Assembly (NCBI GenBank): GCA_963720465.1
Contig: OY970393.1
Coordinates: 1,824,001-1,888,000 of the forward strand
DNA from: Methanobacteriota archaeon
GTDB lineage: Archaea; Halobacteriota; Bog-38; Methanoflorentales; Methanoflorentaceae
Direction of reading: 5' to 3'
Length of the DNA stretch: 64,000 bases
Shown here: positions 31,852-42,984 of the stretch, in pieces
Layout: each line of letters starts with the position of its first letter
Position numbering within the stretch: the stretch's first letter is position 1
Translations under genes and position numbers: made by a program
The notes under the pieces: generated by a model
Databases searched by the model: none
What the model saw: only the letters and a program-made list of their open reading frames with translations
What the model was told of the DNA's origin: nothing

Positions 31852-32171
31852 GAACGATACGAGCGTACTAACACCGCATACTCCATTATGCGAGTTGAAC
31901 CTTTGGAACCTTTGAACTATAGGAACTGCGGTGTTCCTGCCGCAGAAGATAGCGGTCAAATAATAAAACTCCAATAAAGGAAGCAGCGCAGCGGCGAAGA
32001 GAAAAAAGAAGGGCGATCAAACGTACGTCTGATGTTCGGAGGTATTTATTCATTTTTTGACCACTTGAACACCACTACAGGTTCTACGGTCACATTTCAA
32101 CCGAAGCCTTTATACTTTCTTCCGACGCGTTCTCAGGCGTCTAGTGTCTGCGAACATTGCAACAAGCAATC

Positions 32172-33413
32172 ATGCGCTCATACAAAACCGTCTCATTTTC
32201 TGTAGTCATCCTTCTTGTTACCGTCTTGTTTGCAGGCGTTGTAACTGTTCCTGCAGCAGCGCAGTACGATGCTATGCAATATCGGTATAACGCTGCGCAC
32301 ACCGGTGATTACAGCCCTGTGGCGGGGAGCAACATGTCGAATGGTCAGCTGACGTGGAGCTTCACGACGGGAAGCGTCGTGCTCTCCTCCCCTGCCGTCG
32401 CCAACGGCGTCGTCTACGTGGGGAGCCAGGACAACAACGTCTACGCCCTCAACGCTACTACCGGGGCGAACGTGTGGACTTTCGCGACAGGGAGCGAGAT
32501 GTACTCTTCCCCCGCCGTCGCCAACGGCGTCGTCTACGTGGCCAGCGAGGACAACAACGTCTACGCCCTCAACGCTACCACCGGGGCGAAGCTTTGGAAC
32601 TACACGACCGGAAACGCCGTGCTCTCCTCTCCAGCCGTCGCCAACGGCGTCGTCTACATCGGGAGCGATGACAACAACACCTACGCCCTCAACGCGAATA
32701 ACGGCACCAAGCTCTGGAACTACACGACCGGAAACGCCGTGCTCTCCTCTCCAGCCGTCGCCAACGGCGTCGTCTACGTGGGAAGCGAGGACAACAACAC
32801 CTACGCCCTCAACGCGAATAACGGCACCAAGCTCTGGAACTACACGACCGGAAACGCCGTCCTCTCCTCTCCTGCGGTCGCCAACGGCGTCGTCTACGTG
32901 GGGAGCCAGGACAACAACACCTACGCCCTCCACGCTACCACCGGGGCGAAGCTCTGGAACTACACGACCGGAGGTGGGGTTTATTCATCCCCCGCCGTCG
33001 CCAACGGTACGGTCTACGTGGGGAGCGAGGACAACAACGTCTACGCCCTGAACGCCACCAGCGGGGCCAAGCTCTGGAACGACACGACAGGGAGCGAGGT
33101 GTTCTCTTCCCCCGCCGTCGCCAACGGTACGGTCTACGTGGGGAGCGATGACAGCAACGTTTACGCCCTCAACGCCACCACCGGCAAGGTGACGTGGAGC
33201 TTCACGACCGGTGATGAGGTGTCCTCCTCTCCCGCCGTCGTAAACGGCACGGTCTACGTGGGGAGCTTTGACAGCTACGTCTACGCCATCGGCAACGCGG
33301 CCGCGGCCACAAGTCAGCGTGTGACGTCCGGCTTTGAGGTCACGCTCGTTTTTGTCGGACTCGTTTTTGTCGGACTCGTAATCGCCGCTTACGTAGTAAG
33401 GAGGAAGCGCTAA
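32172..33413 (+). CDS. PQQ/BamB-like beta-propeller surface protein with PGF-CTERM-like anchor (SGF variant)
   Basis: Signal peptide; eight 40-aa SSPAVANGVVYVGS...YALNA repeats; TSGFE-TM-RRKR. Confidence 0.93.
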   Translation: MRSYKTVSFSVVILLVTVLFAGVVTVPAAAQYDAMQYRYNAAHTGDYSPVAGSNMSNGQLTWSFTTGSVVLSSPAVANGVVYVGSQDNNVYALNATTGANVWTFATGSEMYSSPAVANGVVYVASEDNNVYALNATTGAKLWNYTTGNAVLSSPAVANGVVYIGSDDNNTYALNANNGTKLWNYTTGNAVLSSPAVANGVVYVGSEDNNTYALNANNGTKLWNYTTGNAVLSSPAVANGVVYVGSQDNNTYALHATTGAKLWNYTTGGGVYSSPAVANGTVYVGSEDNNVYALNATSGAKLWNDTTGSEVFSSPAVANGTVYVGSDDSNVYALNATTGKVTWSFTTGDEVSSSPAVVNGTVYVGSFDSYVYAIGNAAAATSQRVTSGFEVTLVFVGLVFVGLVIAAYVVRRKR

Positions 33414-33710
33414 CCCCCTCCGCCTGCTTTTTCTTTACGCGCAGGTGGCGGGCTGAAACGCCCGTGTACCGATAATGAGTGGGCCACGTCTGTGGGTTAA
33501 CAAGGAGTTATCAAGCGCTGTCGGAGCTGGTGGTGCCCGAATCAGAGCCGCCTGAGCCTACCGCGACTAAGACCGTTCCGGGTAGCAGGAGCACGACAAG
33601 TCGCCCAGTATTGCAAAGACACGAAATCACTTATTTGCACCGAAGCCTTTATCATATCTTCTGACACGTTCTCAGGCGTCTGGTGTCTAGGAACATTGCA
33701 CGAGGCAATC

Positions 33711-34943
33711 ATGAGCGTCTACAAAATCGCCTCATTTTCTTTAGCAATCTTCCTCATTGCTGTCTTATTTGCAGGCGTCGTAACTGTTCCTGCAGCAGCA
33801 CAGTCCGGTTCTACCCAGTTCCATTACAACGCCCAGCACACCGGTGATTACAGCCCTGTAGCGGGGAACAACGCGTCGAGTGGCAAGCTCACGTGGAGCT
33901 TCACGACAGGAGCCGCCGTCCTCTCCTCCCCCGCCGTCGTCAACGGCGTCGTCTACGTGGGAAGCGATGACAACAACCTCTACGCTCTGAACGCCACCAC
34001 AGGGGCGAAAGTGTGGGGCTACACGACAGGAGATCAGGTTTATTCATCCCCCGCCGTCGCCAACGGCACGGTCTACGTGGGCAGCGATGACAACAACGTC
34101 TACGCCATAAATGCCACGACCGGCACTAAGCTCTGGAACTACACGACCGGAAACGCCGTCCTCTCCTCTCCTGCGGTCGCCAACGGCACGGTCTACGTGG
34201 GGAGCGATGACAACAACGTCTACGCCCTCAACGCCACCACAGGGGCGAACACGTGGAGCTTCACGACCAGTGCTGCCGTCCTCTCCTCTCCTGCGGTCGC
34301 CAACGGCGTCGTCTACGTGGGAAGCGAGGACAACAACACCTACGCCCTCAACGCGAATAACGGCACCAAGCTTTGGAACTACACGACCGGAAACGCCGTC
34401 CTCTCCTCTCCTGCGGTCGCCAACGGCGTCGTCTACGTGGGGAGCCAGGACAACAACACCTACGCCCTCAACGCTACCACCGGGGCGAAGCTGTGGAACT
34501 ACACGACCGGAGGTGGGGTTTATTCATCCCCCGCTGTCGCCAACGGCACGGTTTACGTGGGCAGCGATGACAACAACGTCTACGCCCTGAACGCCACCAG
34601 CGGGGCCAAGCTCTGGAACGACACGACAGGGAGCGAGGTGTTCTCTTCCCCCGCCGTCGCCAACGGTACGGTCTACGTGGGGAGCGATGACAGCAACGTC
34701 TACGCCCTCAACGCCACCACCGGCAAGGTGACGTGGAGCTTCACGACCGGAAACGAGGTGCTCTCCTCTCCCGCCGTCGCCAACGGCACGGTGTATGTGG
34801 GGAGCTATGACGACAACGTCTACGCCGCCGGCACAGCTGCGGCCACGGGTACGACGCCCGGCTTCGAGGTCGGACTCGTTTTTGTCGGACTCGTTTTTGT
34901 CGGACTCGTAATCGCCGCTTACGTAGTAAGGAGGAAGCGCTAA
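33711..34943 (+). CDS. PQQ/BamB-like beta-propeller surface protein with PGF-CTERM
   Basis: Tandem paralog with eight repeats; TPGFE-TM-RRKR. Confidence 0.93.
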   Translation: MSVYKIASFSLAIFLIAVLFAGVVTVPAAAQSGSTQFHYNAQHTGDYSPVAGNNASSGKLTWSFTTGAAVLSSPAVVNGVVYVGSDDNNLYALNATTGAKVWGYTTGDQVYSSPAVANGTVYVGSDDNNVYAINATTGTKLWNYTTGNAVLSSPAVANGTVYVGSDDNNVYALNATTGANTWSFTTSAAVLSSPAVANGVVYVGSEDNNTYALNANNGTKLWNYTTGNAVLSSPAVANGVVYVGSQDNNTYALNATTGAKLWNYTTGGGVYSSPAVANGTVYVGSDDNNVYALNATSGAKLWNDTTGSEVFSSPAVANGTVYVGSDDSNVYALNATTGKVTWSFTTGNEVLSSPAVANGTVYVGSYDDNVYAAGTAAATGTTPGFEVGLVFVGLVFVGLVIAAYVVRRKR

Positions 34944-35198
34944 GCACTCTTCTCCTTCTTTGCGCGCATGTGGCATATGCTGAAACGCCCGTATACCGAT
35001 ATGAGTAGGCGATGTCTGTGGGTCAACAAGGAGTTATTTAATGCGCTGGACCGTGTGTTCGCCACCACCGTGGCCCATGACGTGCTGACCGAAGGACAAG
35101 CGCCGGCATTGAAGGGTTCAAGCAGCGCCCGTAATCGTATGATCTTGTGGGGGGAGCCATTTTGCAGATGATGTGTGTTATCGAAGAAGGTTAAGGAA

Positions 35199-35729
35199 AT
35201 GGCGCAAGTAGTGAATGGTATTAACGTTGATCGGATAAGGGACACGGTCCGCTCGATCAGGCGCGACCCGGCCAAATCCAAGGAAATTTGGAAGGCGACA
35301 ACGACGTGGAAAGAGGGTAGCTACGTGCAGACACGGATTCGGGAGTTCACTATGGAAGGGGACGAGCCGGATAAGCTTCTCGGGGCTGGCCGCGCACCGA
35401 ACGCCGTCGAAGCGCTGCTGCACGCACTCGGAACGTGCCTTACCACCAGCGTCGTTCATCACGCCGCTGCCAAAGGGATCACTATTGACGCGTTGGATCT
35501 TGACCTGGTGGGGGAGCTTGATATGCGTGGCTACCTTGGGTTGTCGGGCGATGTCCGTCCAGGCTACCAGAACGTTACCGTCTGCTGTCGCATTTCTGCT
35601 GACGCGCCGCCTGACGCCCTAAAAGAGCTTTGGGAGCACGCTCAGTGCATATCGCCGGTTCTGGACACTGTTCGCAATCCCGTCGCTGTCTCGCTCACGC
35701 TTGACGGAAACTGGTCGGCGATGCACTAA
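35199..35729 (+). CDS. OsmC family protein
   Basis: VNGINV, DEPDKLLG, PNAVEALLHALGTC, GELDMRGYLG, SPVLD. Confidence 0.92.
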   Translation: MAQVVNGINVDRIRDTVRSIRRDPAKSKEIWKATTTWKEGSYVQTRIREFTMEGDEPDKLLGAGRAPNAVEALLHALGTCLTTSVVHHAAAKGITIDALDLDLVGELDMRGYLGLSGDVRPGYQNVTVCCRISADAPPDALKELWEHAQCISPVLDTVRNPVAVSLTLDGNWSAMH

Positions 35730-35776
35730 GTCCTGAGCGCTTCGTTGCGCTGGTAGAAGAAAGGAGTACAGACGGA

Positions 35777-36481
35777 TCACGATGAGTCGAGCAACTGTAC
35801 CAAATTGGCGACGTTGTGTTCTTGTGTGACAAATAGCGGCGGTATGCTTCGTTGAATGAATCCGGTGATTCCGAGTAGCTCTTCCATCTCAGATGACAGC
35901 GCGTACGTCGGCCGCGCGCTTGTGTCGGGTTTCTTCTGGCTAATCAGCCGGGCGTGGTGCAACAGTCTGCTGTTTTTGCTGCCCACGACGATCACAAGAT
36001 TCTCGAAGGCGTATCCGCGCTTAATGTGAGCATTGGAAGGATACCGCTGACGATACGCGGCACGTTCAGACGCTGACAACCAGTTGAAATCGATCACGTG
36101 CTCGATCGTGAAATAGCCGATGAAGTACAGCGCTTCGGGATACTCAGCGTTGTCGTGGTTAAACGGTTTTAGTCCGGCGTAAAAAACGAGCAGATCCCCT
36201 TCACTCAACTCAAGGAGATATCGACGTTTTGCCGTGGCGTCACCGTAGGTGCACGTTGCGAACTCAGGGTCATCGTGTATGGGCACGTGCCTGAGCGCTG
36301 GTGGCACATAGGTCGACAGCGGTTTTCCCTTCCTGCCGATTCGTTCGCCGTACGTGGTGGCCGTGCACGATCGATATGTCTCAGGAATGGGAACGAATTC
36401 GAACGATCCATCATCAAAAATTGGACCATAGGTCCCGCCGCTTCCCTTGTCGATGCCGACGCGCAGCAATAATGCTTTCAT
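35777..36481 (-). CDS. Nmad3-like (nucleotide modification associated domain 3) protein, copy 1
   Basis: LRVGID, GPIFDDGSFEFVPIPE, HDDPEF, TYGD, GDLLVFYAGL, IGYF, NAH. Confidence 0.75.
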   Translation of the reverse strand: MKALLLRVGIDKGSGGTYGPIFDDGSFEFVPIPETYRSCTATTYGERIGRKGKPLSTYVPPALRHVPIHDDPEFATCTYGDATAKRRYLLELSEGDLLVFYAGLKPFNHDNAEYPEALYFIGYFTIEHVIDFNWLSASERAAYRQRYPSNAHIKRGYAFENLVIVVGSKNSRLLHHARLISQKKPDTSARPTYALSSEMEELLGITGFIQRSIPPLFVTQEHNVANLVQLLDSS

Positions 36482-37275
36482 TGTTGTGGGTCCCACAAGT
36501 TCAGGTTCGAAGCATATAATAGCAAGCTGCTGGGCCAGTTGCCTCTGCTTGTATTCCTTGTGTATTCACGACGTCACGCGGGGTCTGCGTAAGGTCTCTC
36601 CAGATCGCCCACCCTTATTCTGTGCACTCGTATTCTTTTGAAACGCATTCTTTCGAGATCGACCCTTTCAATCTCCGAGCGCCAGCGCGAAGGCGCTGCA
36701 AGTTTGTCGATCGTAACCGACTTCATGTTCCGATGTTGCACCATGTTACCATTACTCATGCATTCGATAAAGAGAACTATTTAAACGACCTATTTAAACT
36801 CGACTCCCGGCAAACTCCAAATCGGGCTCCGTTCAGTTTTTTTATAAGGGTGAGAGCAGTTGTTGGTTCTGGTGGTTTGAGGTCACGGAACGCGATGCAT
36901 CTGAAGGCGACACACTGGACCTTCGTTTGGATTTAACCCAAACACAAATGATGTGAATCTACTGTCTGACGCTGTTCGATTGCGTGCTTGTTGGTCACCG
37001 GAAAAAGAAGCATTGCCTTCGATCTTCTTCAGTTGGTTTACCCCGAAAAAAAGTCAGTTGTCATCCATCTGTAGGTCTGTCCGGTTGCAACGTCTATTGG
37101 AACCGTGCACCTTAGGAAACCCAGAGGTAAAGGAGCCTTAGTAGATAGTTTAAAGTGTGATATTCAGATAACCCTTTGTTGTAGCTTCGCTCGCGCATCG
37201 CTCTAAATTGAGGCCGGCCTGGGCCCGGATCGACGAGTAGATACGTTTAAGCCGCGTTGACCACTTTCCACGTAC

Positions 37276-37545
37276 GTGAGTTTGCTAAGAGGGCACGAGA
37301 TTAGAACGAGTATAAAGATCGTGGTAGGTATAGTGATCGTATTTGCGCTTCTGTTAGTATTTATTCCGGCTTTCGGAGGTCATCCCCGCTCAGCGCCCTT
37401 TAACACGTCAACAAACAACTCAACTGCTAATACGACGGGGGCCTTCGCGAATTACACGAACTACACCATGCGGCATGTCGCGCACGGCGCATCTCTCCAA
37501 GGCATCATAAGGCGTTTAATATACGAAATCAGGTCAAGCGTATAG
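37276..37545 (+). CDS. Small membrane-anchored hypothetical protein
   Basis: One TM followed by an N/T-rich segment with sequons; TTTAAG upstream. Confidence 0.6.
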   Translation: MSLLRGHEIRTSIKIVVGIVIVFALLLVFIPAFGGHPRSAPFNTSTNNSTANTTGAFANYTNYTMRHVAHGASLQGIIRRLIYEIRSSV

Positions 37546-37837
37546 CATAAAGTGGTATTCTGGGTCCGGGATCCCGAGGGCGGAAGAATTCCATTATGCC
37601 GGGCCCAAGGACTTCTCTGAAATACATCGCTCGCATGATTTCGCCGTCATTGTTCCGAGCATGAGCGAAGGGCTGTGCTGTCTGGAATAGGCGGGAGATC
37701 ACGCCAGTAAACAGGGCCCAAAGATCCGTTTAGGTGCAACTAGACAAAAACCGACAATCGGGCTGCATCTGTTGACGCTTTTAATAAGCCCTTTAAAATA
37801 GAGAAGAAAAATAATGGTTCATGATTAATTGGTGACT

Positions 37838-38471
37838 ATGGATCTAGAAAAAGCAACGTCTTACATTGACGCACTATACGAAAAAAGGGGGTTCAGCAAA
37901 AAAGGATACATTGAGGCTACGGCGTTACAGGAATTCGGAACCGTAGTGGATGATGACGTGTCGAGGATGCTTTATCTCTTAACTCGACTCACGCACGCAC
38001 GAAGGATTTTAGAAATTGGAACGAGTATAGGATATTCAACAGTATCACTAGCTAATGCTGTGAAAGGATCTGACGGCAAAATTCTCACGATTGAGTACGA
38101 GCAACACGTTGCACAGCAAGCGATGAAGAATTTTGAACGTGCTGGCGTTGCGCGGAATATTGAAGTGAAAATTGGTGATGCACGCGAAATAGTTCCCCGA
38201 ATTCGAGAACACTTTGATTTAATATTTCAAGATGTTGGTGATAAAGGGCTGTACCCTTTGTTATTTGACGATTGCGTTCGTCTTTTAAGACCTGGCGGAC
38301 TCCTTTTGGCAGAAGACACACTGTTTCCTGTTATGGGGCTGGAAAGCAGGGGGACTCGTTCCGTTGCGCCGATACAAAAGTTTAATGAAATGGTTGCCGA
38401 TAGCTCCTTTTTAGAGAGATACGATTCTGCCAATAGGCGATGGATTAACCGTAGCTGTAAAGATGGGCTAG
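37838..38471 (+). pseudogene. O-methyltransferase (YrrM/CCoAOMT-like), frameshift near the 3' end
   Basis: LEIGTSIGYST, FDLIFQD, LRPGG; the expected end TILPIGDGLTVAVK* is in another frame after GAGAGA at ~38415. Confidence 0.85.
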
Positions 38472-38742
38472 CGAGTGTTTTTTTATACAATACTGGTCCA
38501 CACAAAACTGTCCTTCTAAGAATCGCAGGTGGCCTTCCTTTTCATTCTAATATTCTAACGTTATGCGCCAGATAAAATCGACAAAATACCATTATCATTG
38601 CTCGCTGGTAGGGCAACCCTCAATACTGTTTTTTACCGATACCACATCGAGGCTCACGACTCTCCCGTAACCGCCGCCTGGTTACGAGATCGCGCGCTTC
38701 GAGCTGTAAACGAAATACTGAACGAAGTCTGAAGAACACAAA

Positions 38743-40212
38743 ATGACACTTGAGGAGAACACTCATTCCGGCATCAGCTACGAGTGGATTGCGCTTTCCG
38801 TAACGACCATTGGCGTGTTGATGGCGTCGATCGATGGGTCCGCTGTGATCATCGCGCTGCCCACGATCTTAGCGGACCTGCAGGCGAGTTTTATCACCAT
38901 GATGTGGGTACTCTTGGGGTACCTGCTTATCGTTGCGGCAATCGTACCCGTGGTGGGCAGGCTCGCGGACATACTTGGACGTAAGAACCTCTACAACATC
39001 GGCTTTGTCATCTTCACCGTCGGGTCGCTGCTGTGCGGGCTGTCGCTCCCGCAGTTCCACGGCGTTGACTTGTTGGTGTACCGCATGATACAGGGCGTCG
39101 GCGGCGCACTGCTCATGACTAATAGCGTCGTGATTGTCACCGACGCCTTTCGCAAGGGGAACATCGGTTTCGCCCTCGGAGTAAACGGGGTTGCGTTTTC
39201 TGCGGGGTTCCTCCTCGGCCCGCTCGTCGGCGGCGTGCTCACGACAATTTCGTGGCGGCTCGTGTTTCTCGTGAACGTGCCCATTGGCATTTTCGGCACG
39301 ATTTATGGGGTGTACAAGCTCAGAGAACCGGTTGTTCCGCTTGCGGATCAGATTTTTGATTGGGGCGGAGCCATTACGTTCACGACGGGACTGACAGCAC
39401 TCCTGCTCGCAGTGTCGCTCTATGCGTTTCCTATCACTGGCGTGTGGGTCGTGTACGTCATGGGCATGGTTACCGTGGTGTCGTTCGCCGCGTTCATCTT
39501 CGTCGAAGGACGGGTCCGCCAGCCGATCCTTAACATTCACCTCCTCTCGAACCGCGTCTTTACGTACGCCACCGCGGCGAGTGGACTCAGTGGCTTGGCT
39601 CGCGGTGCCGTGCTCTTCGTCCTCATCTTCTTCTTTCAGGGGCCCTATGGACTTGACCCCCTCACAACAGGCGTTCTCATGACGCCTTTCGGCGCCGCGC
39701 TGCTGGTTACTGCGCCGATTTCGGGACGTCTCTCTGACCGCTATGGGGCGCGGTACCTTGCCACCGGTGGACTCCTTATCGACGCCGGGGCGCTCATCGG
39801 GATGGCCACTATCGTGAGCACGACGCCGTACTGGGAGTTGGCCGTCTTAATGGCGCTCATCGGGGCTGGATCGGGCATCTTCTGGTCGCCAAATACGAAC
39901 GCGGCGATGAGCGCCGTGCAGCCGAACGAGCGTGGCGCGGCGTCCGGTATCCGGACGATGGTCCAGAATACCGGTCAGATGCTCGCTATTGCGATCGCAT
40001 TCCCCCTCGTCCTTAGCACACTTCCCGTAGCGGTCTTGTACCACGTCTTTCTGTACGGCGGGGGGTTGAGCAGCGATCCGCTGGTCTTGGCCGCCTTTGA
40101 GCTCGGCATGCACCAGGCATTTCTCGTGTCAGCGGCCATCTCTGCGTTGGCCGCGATCATCTCGTTTATGCGGCCGAAACACGCACCGGACGGCGCTACG
40201 GCGGCTAAGTGA
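38743..40212 (+). CDS. MFS drug:H+ antiporter (EmrB/QacA, 14 TM)
   Basis: IDGSAVIIALPTI, GRLADILGRK, WRLVFLVNVPIG, GRLSDRYG. Confidence 0.95.
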   Translation: MTLEENTHSGISYEWIALSVTTIGVLMASIDGSAVIIALPTILADLQASFITMMWVLLGYLLIVAAIVPVVGRLADILGRKNLYNIGFVIFTVGSLLCGLSLPQFHGVDLLVYRMIQGVGGALLMTNSVVIVTDAFRKGNIGFALGVNGVAFSAGFLLGPLVGGVLTTISWRLVFLVNVPIGIFGTIYGVYKLREPVVPLADQIFDWGGAITFTTGLTALLLAVSLYAFPITGVWVVYVMGMVTVVSFAAFIFVEGRVRQPILNIHLLSNRVFTYATAASGLSGLARGAVLFVLIFFFQGPYGLDPLTTGVLMTPFGAALLVTAPISGRLSDRYGARYLATGGLLIDAGALIGMATIVSTTPYWELAVLMALIGAGSGIFWSPNTNAAMSAVQPNERGAASGIRTMVQNTGQMLAIAIAFPLVLSTLPVAVLYHVFLYGGGLSSDPLVLAAFELGMHQAFLVSAAISALAAIISFMRPKHAPDGATAAK

Positions 40213-40219
40213 TATAAAA

Positions 40220-40690
40220 GACTCCAAACGAGAGATAGTGATGGAGATAACTGAAACGATCAGAGGCCACATCAGAATTAACGTCGAGACGAATCCAATC
40301 TATGAAACGTTGAGTCATAGGCTCGACTGCATATGAAGACAAAGGAGACAGCAAAGCTGCTTGAAAGGCTGGAGAGCCTCGTTAAGGTGATCGTTGAGAT
40401 GCGAGCGGGCGCAAGAGTTGAGCATCTCGAAGGAGGAGTATGCTCTCTTAAATGTCGTCAAGAAGTACTTGAGCAACAGAAGTGATAGTGACCTCACCGC
40501 ATTCGTCAAGGAGCTGGATCGAAAGATCAAGACGATGTTCTTCCTCTGACTGGTGGCGAAAGGTAAAGATGTCAACGGGGGTAGAGCAAACGCTGTTTGA
40601 CACGTGCTTCCAGAAGTTTGCAGGCGACCTTGATACGAAACAGCTTACGTCGTTGCCGAAGAATTGATGATTTTCATCATCCGTAGGTGA
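40220..40690 (+). pseudogene. Decayed gene 3' fragment, possibly type I restriction subunit HsdR C-terminus
   Basis: Fragmented helical frames (NPIYETLSHRL; SKEEYALLNVVKKYL; DWWRK; VEQTLFD) directly upstream of a YgjP/M48 gene, a common hsdR neighbour. Confidence 0.4.
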
Positions 40691-41403
40691 GTAATGTGGG
40701 GACAGTAATGGTAGGGGCTATAGAGGTTCCGTACCACGTGAAAGTTGGCAAGAGCTCCAAGTACATTCACCTCAGGTTTACGCAGGATCTTCAGCTGGAA
40801 GTCGTTATTCCACCAGATGCTCGAGTAGATGCAAAGAGCGTTCTGAAGAAGAAGCAAGCATGGATCGAACGAAAATACGGCGAATTATCGAGCAGACGGT
40901 GTGTTTTTGATGCCGGTTCTGTCATGCATAAGGGACGGTATCTTGCGATCAGTACAGTCTCATCCAGCAAAGAGGCAGATGAGATCGAGATAAAGAACGA
41001 TCAAATCATCATACGCGTGAACGGAACGAAGGAGCCGCTGTTATTGTTGAAAGAATGGATGAGCAAAGCAACCTTCGAGCTTCTGACGAGCAGATTACCC
41101 GTTTACGCAACGCGGTTTGGCCTCAGCTTAGGGAACGTGTCCGTCAAAAATACAAAGCGATGGGGCTACTGCACGAAGGACGGTCTTTTAGTTTTCACGT
41201 GGCAATTGATCGCGCTACCAGACAAGCTGGCGGAATATGTCATGATTCATGAGTTAACCCACCTATTCGAATTTAACCACTCGAAGAGGTTCTGGGCTAA
41301 ACTGGCATCCGTGTGTCCAGATTTTAAGGGGCAGCACCGTGCCCTTAGCAATATCTGTACGACTAAGTCCGCAGATTTGAATGCGTATGAATTGCTCAAC
41401 TAG
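40687..41403 (+). CDS. YgjP/DUF45 (M48/SprT-like) metallohydrolase
   Basis: KRWGYC, YVMIHELTHL, NHSKRFW. Confidence 0.92.
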   Translation: MSNVGTVMVGAIEVPYHVKVGKSSKYIHLRFTQDLQLEVVIPPDARVDAKSVLKKKQAWIERKYGELSSRRCVFDAGSVMHKGRYLAISTVSSSKEADEIEIKNDQIIIRVNGTKEPLLLLKEWMSKATFELLTSRLPVYATRFGLSLGNVSVKNTKRWGYCTKDGLLVFTWQLIALPDKLAEYVMIHELTHLFEFNHSKRFWAKLASVCPDFKGQHRALSNICTTKSADLNAYELLN

Positions 41404-41409
41404 ACTGCT

Positions 41410-41660
41410 AAAATGGCGTCTTATCGAAAATTCCTTGATATCCTGGTCGTTGAGCTGCAGATACACCGGCGTAACGTTCAAACTCGAATGCCCGAGCACC
41501 TGCCGCAGTCGCCTGATATCTCAGCCGTTTCGCGCACAGTGGATCGCATATGAGTGTCGAAAGGTGTGTGGGTTGGCGTCTTTAGGATGACCGAACTGTA
41601 GCGCTTGACGACATTGCCACCTGCCGTTGTTTGACAGCAAAGATAGTCTGATCATCGCGC
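41410..41660 (-). pseudogene. Tyrosine recombinase/integrase C-terminal remnant
   Basis: NPHTFRHSYAIHCARNG*DIRRLRQVLGHSSLNVTPVY with HxxR, H and catalytic Y; TGA at 41521; upstream frameshifts. Confidence 0.88.
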
Positions 41661-42059
41661 ACTAGTGAGCCGCTGCAAGAACCTGATCGACCTGCCCTCT
41701 CGAGGTAGTCGGTATACTCTTCACGCGCAGTGCCGAAAAGGCAACGGTAGCTGTCTTGAACGTGATCCATCGCAGCATGGCAGTGTGAAAAAATCAGTCG
41801 ACGGAGCGGCAATGTATCATCCGCCTGCGGCTAAAAAAAAGGGAGTCAGACGACAATCGAAGAGCAATATGCACGTATACCGTGCAATCTACGTATTGCT
41901 TCGCTCGAACATCACGCATCCGGTTTCAACAGAGATATCGGTACGCCTCCCGACTAGACGAGCACTTCTTTAAAAGCTTTTCGTCAGCATCCTCGTCCCT
42001 GCACTGCTGACCGTCAAAATTGCGTCTTCTACATGAGTGTTCTTCTTTTTGAGCGCGAT

Positions 42060-42653
42060 TTACGGTATCCACTTAAATATGACGTCCGCATCGCGTGGCG
42101 GCGGTGTCTCGATATCTTTCACCGGATAGCCGAAAATGAGCGGCACCATCAAACGGTACCCTTCCGGCACGTCCAGCTCTGTCAGCGTGTTCTGATCAGA
42201 ACCCAGAGGCATACCTAATCCTATCCAACAGCTGCCGATGCCAAGTGACCTGGCGGCGATCAGCATGTTCTCGGCTGCAGCCGCGCAGTCGTACTCATGC
42301 GAAGTATACGCGTGCGGCATTGCGAACATGAGTATGAGCACTGGAGCATTGTAGAATATGTTAAATTCCGGCATTTTCAGCGCTTTCATAACGTTCTCCG
42401 GCCGCTTAATCTCGGGGCCAGAACTCGTGCCCATGTCTAGCCACAATTTTTTCGCTCGCTCGGATAGCCTGTCTATCATCTCCCTGTTCTTGATGACCAC
42501 GAACCGCCGCGGTTGGTCTCTGGTGGGATACGGTGAAAACGGCGCATACGTGCCCGCTTTGATCAGTTCTCTGATAAGGTCGTCGGGCACCTCATTCGGC
42601 TTGTAATCCCTCACAGACCTCCTTAGATAGATGTTCTCAAAAACGGTGTTCAT
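42060..42653 (-). CDS. Nitroreductase family protein
   Basis: RRSVRDY, AP, FYNAP, AAENMLIAARSLGIGSCWIG. Confidence 0.95.
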   Translation of the reverse strand: MNTVFENIYLRRSVRDYKPNEVPDDLIRELIKAGTYAPFSPYPTRDQPRRFVVIKNREMIDRLSERAKKLWLDMGTSSGPEIKRPENVMKALKMPEFNIFYNAPVLILMFAMPHAYTSHEYDCAAAAENMLIAARSLGIGSCWIGLGMPLGSDQNTLTELDVPEGYRLMVPLIFGYPVKDIETPPPRDADVIFKWIP

Positions 42654-42984
42654 AATATTCGTCCGCCGCCTCCATAGGTGCCACAACAATTAAGCTTTTG
42701 TTACTCTGGACTCGTGTCGGCGGTGCGCGGCATCACAAACAAAAGCTTCTTTCGTTTATCCGAGCTTTTTCTTTTAAGTGGACCTGATCGACTGAGGCTG
42801 ACCCGCCAAGATTTTGGCGGCTGCGTTTGGGTCAAGTTTAACGCAGCTAAACCCCGTCGTCTCACATGTTCCAACGCTTCAACAAGCTGAGATCAGTAGG
42901 CGTGGTTACTCACGCATAGGCCTTGGAAATGCACGCAGTCAGCGGAGCTATGGTGGTAAGAACCCGGTCTGCAAACAGCTCATG

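Noticed and set aside
32370-34830. 120-bp repeats as a DGR template/variable pair or CRISPR
   Set aside because: They are in-frame propeller blades; no reverse transcriptase; differences are not adenine-specific
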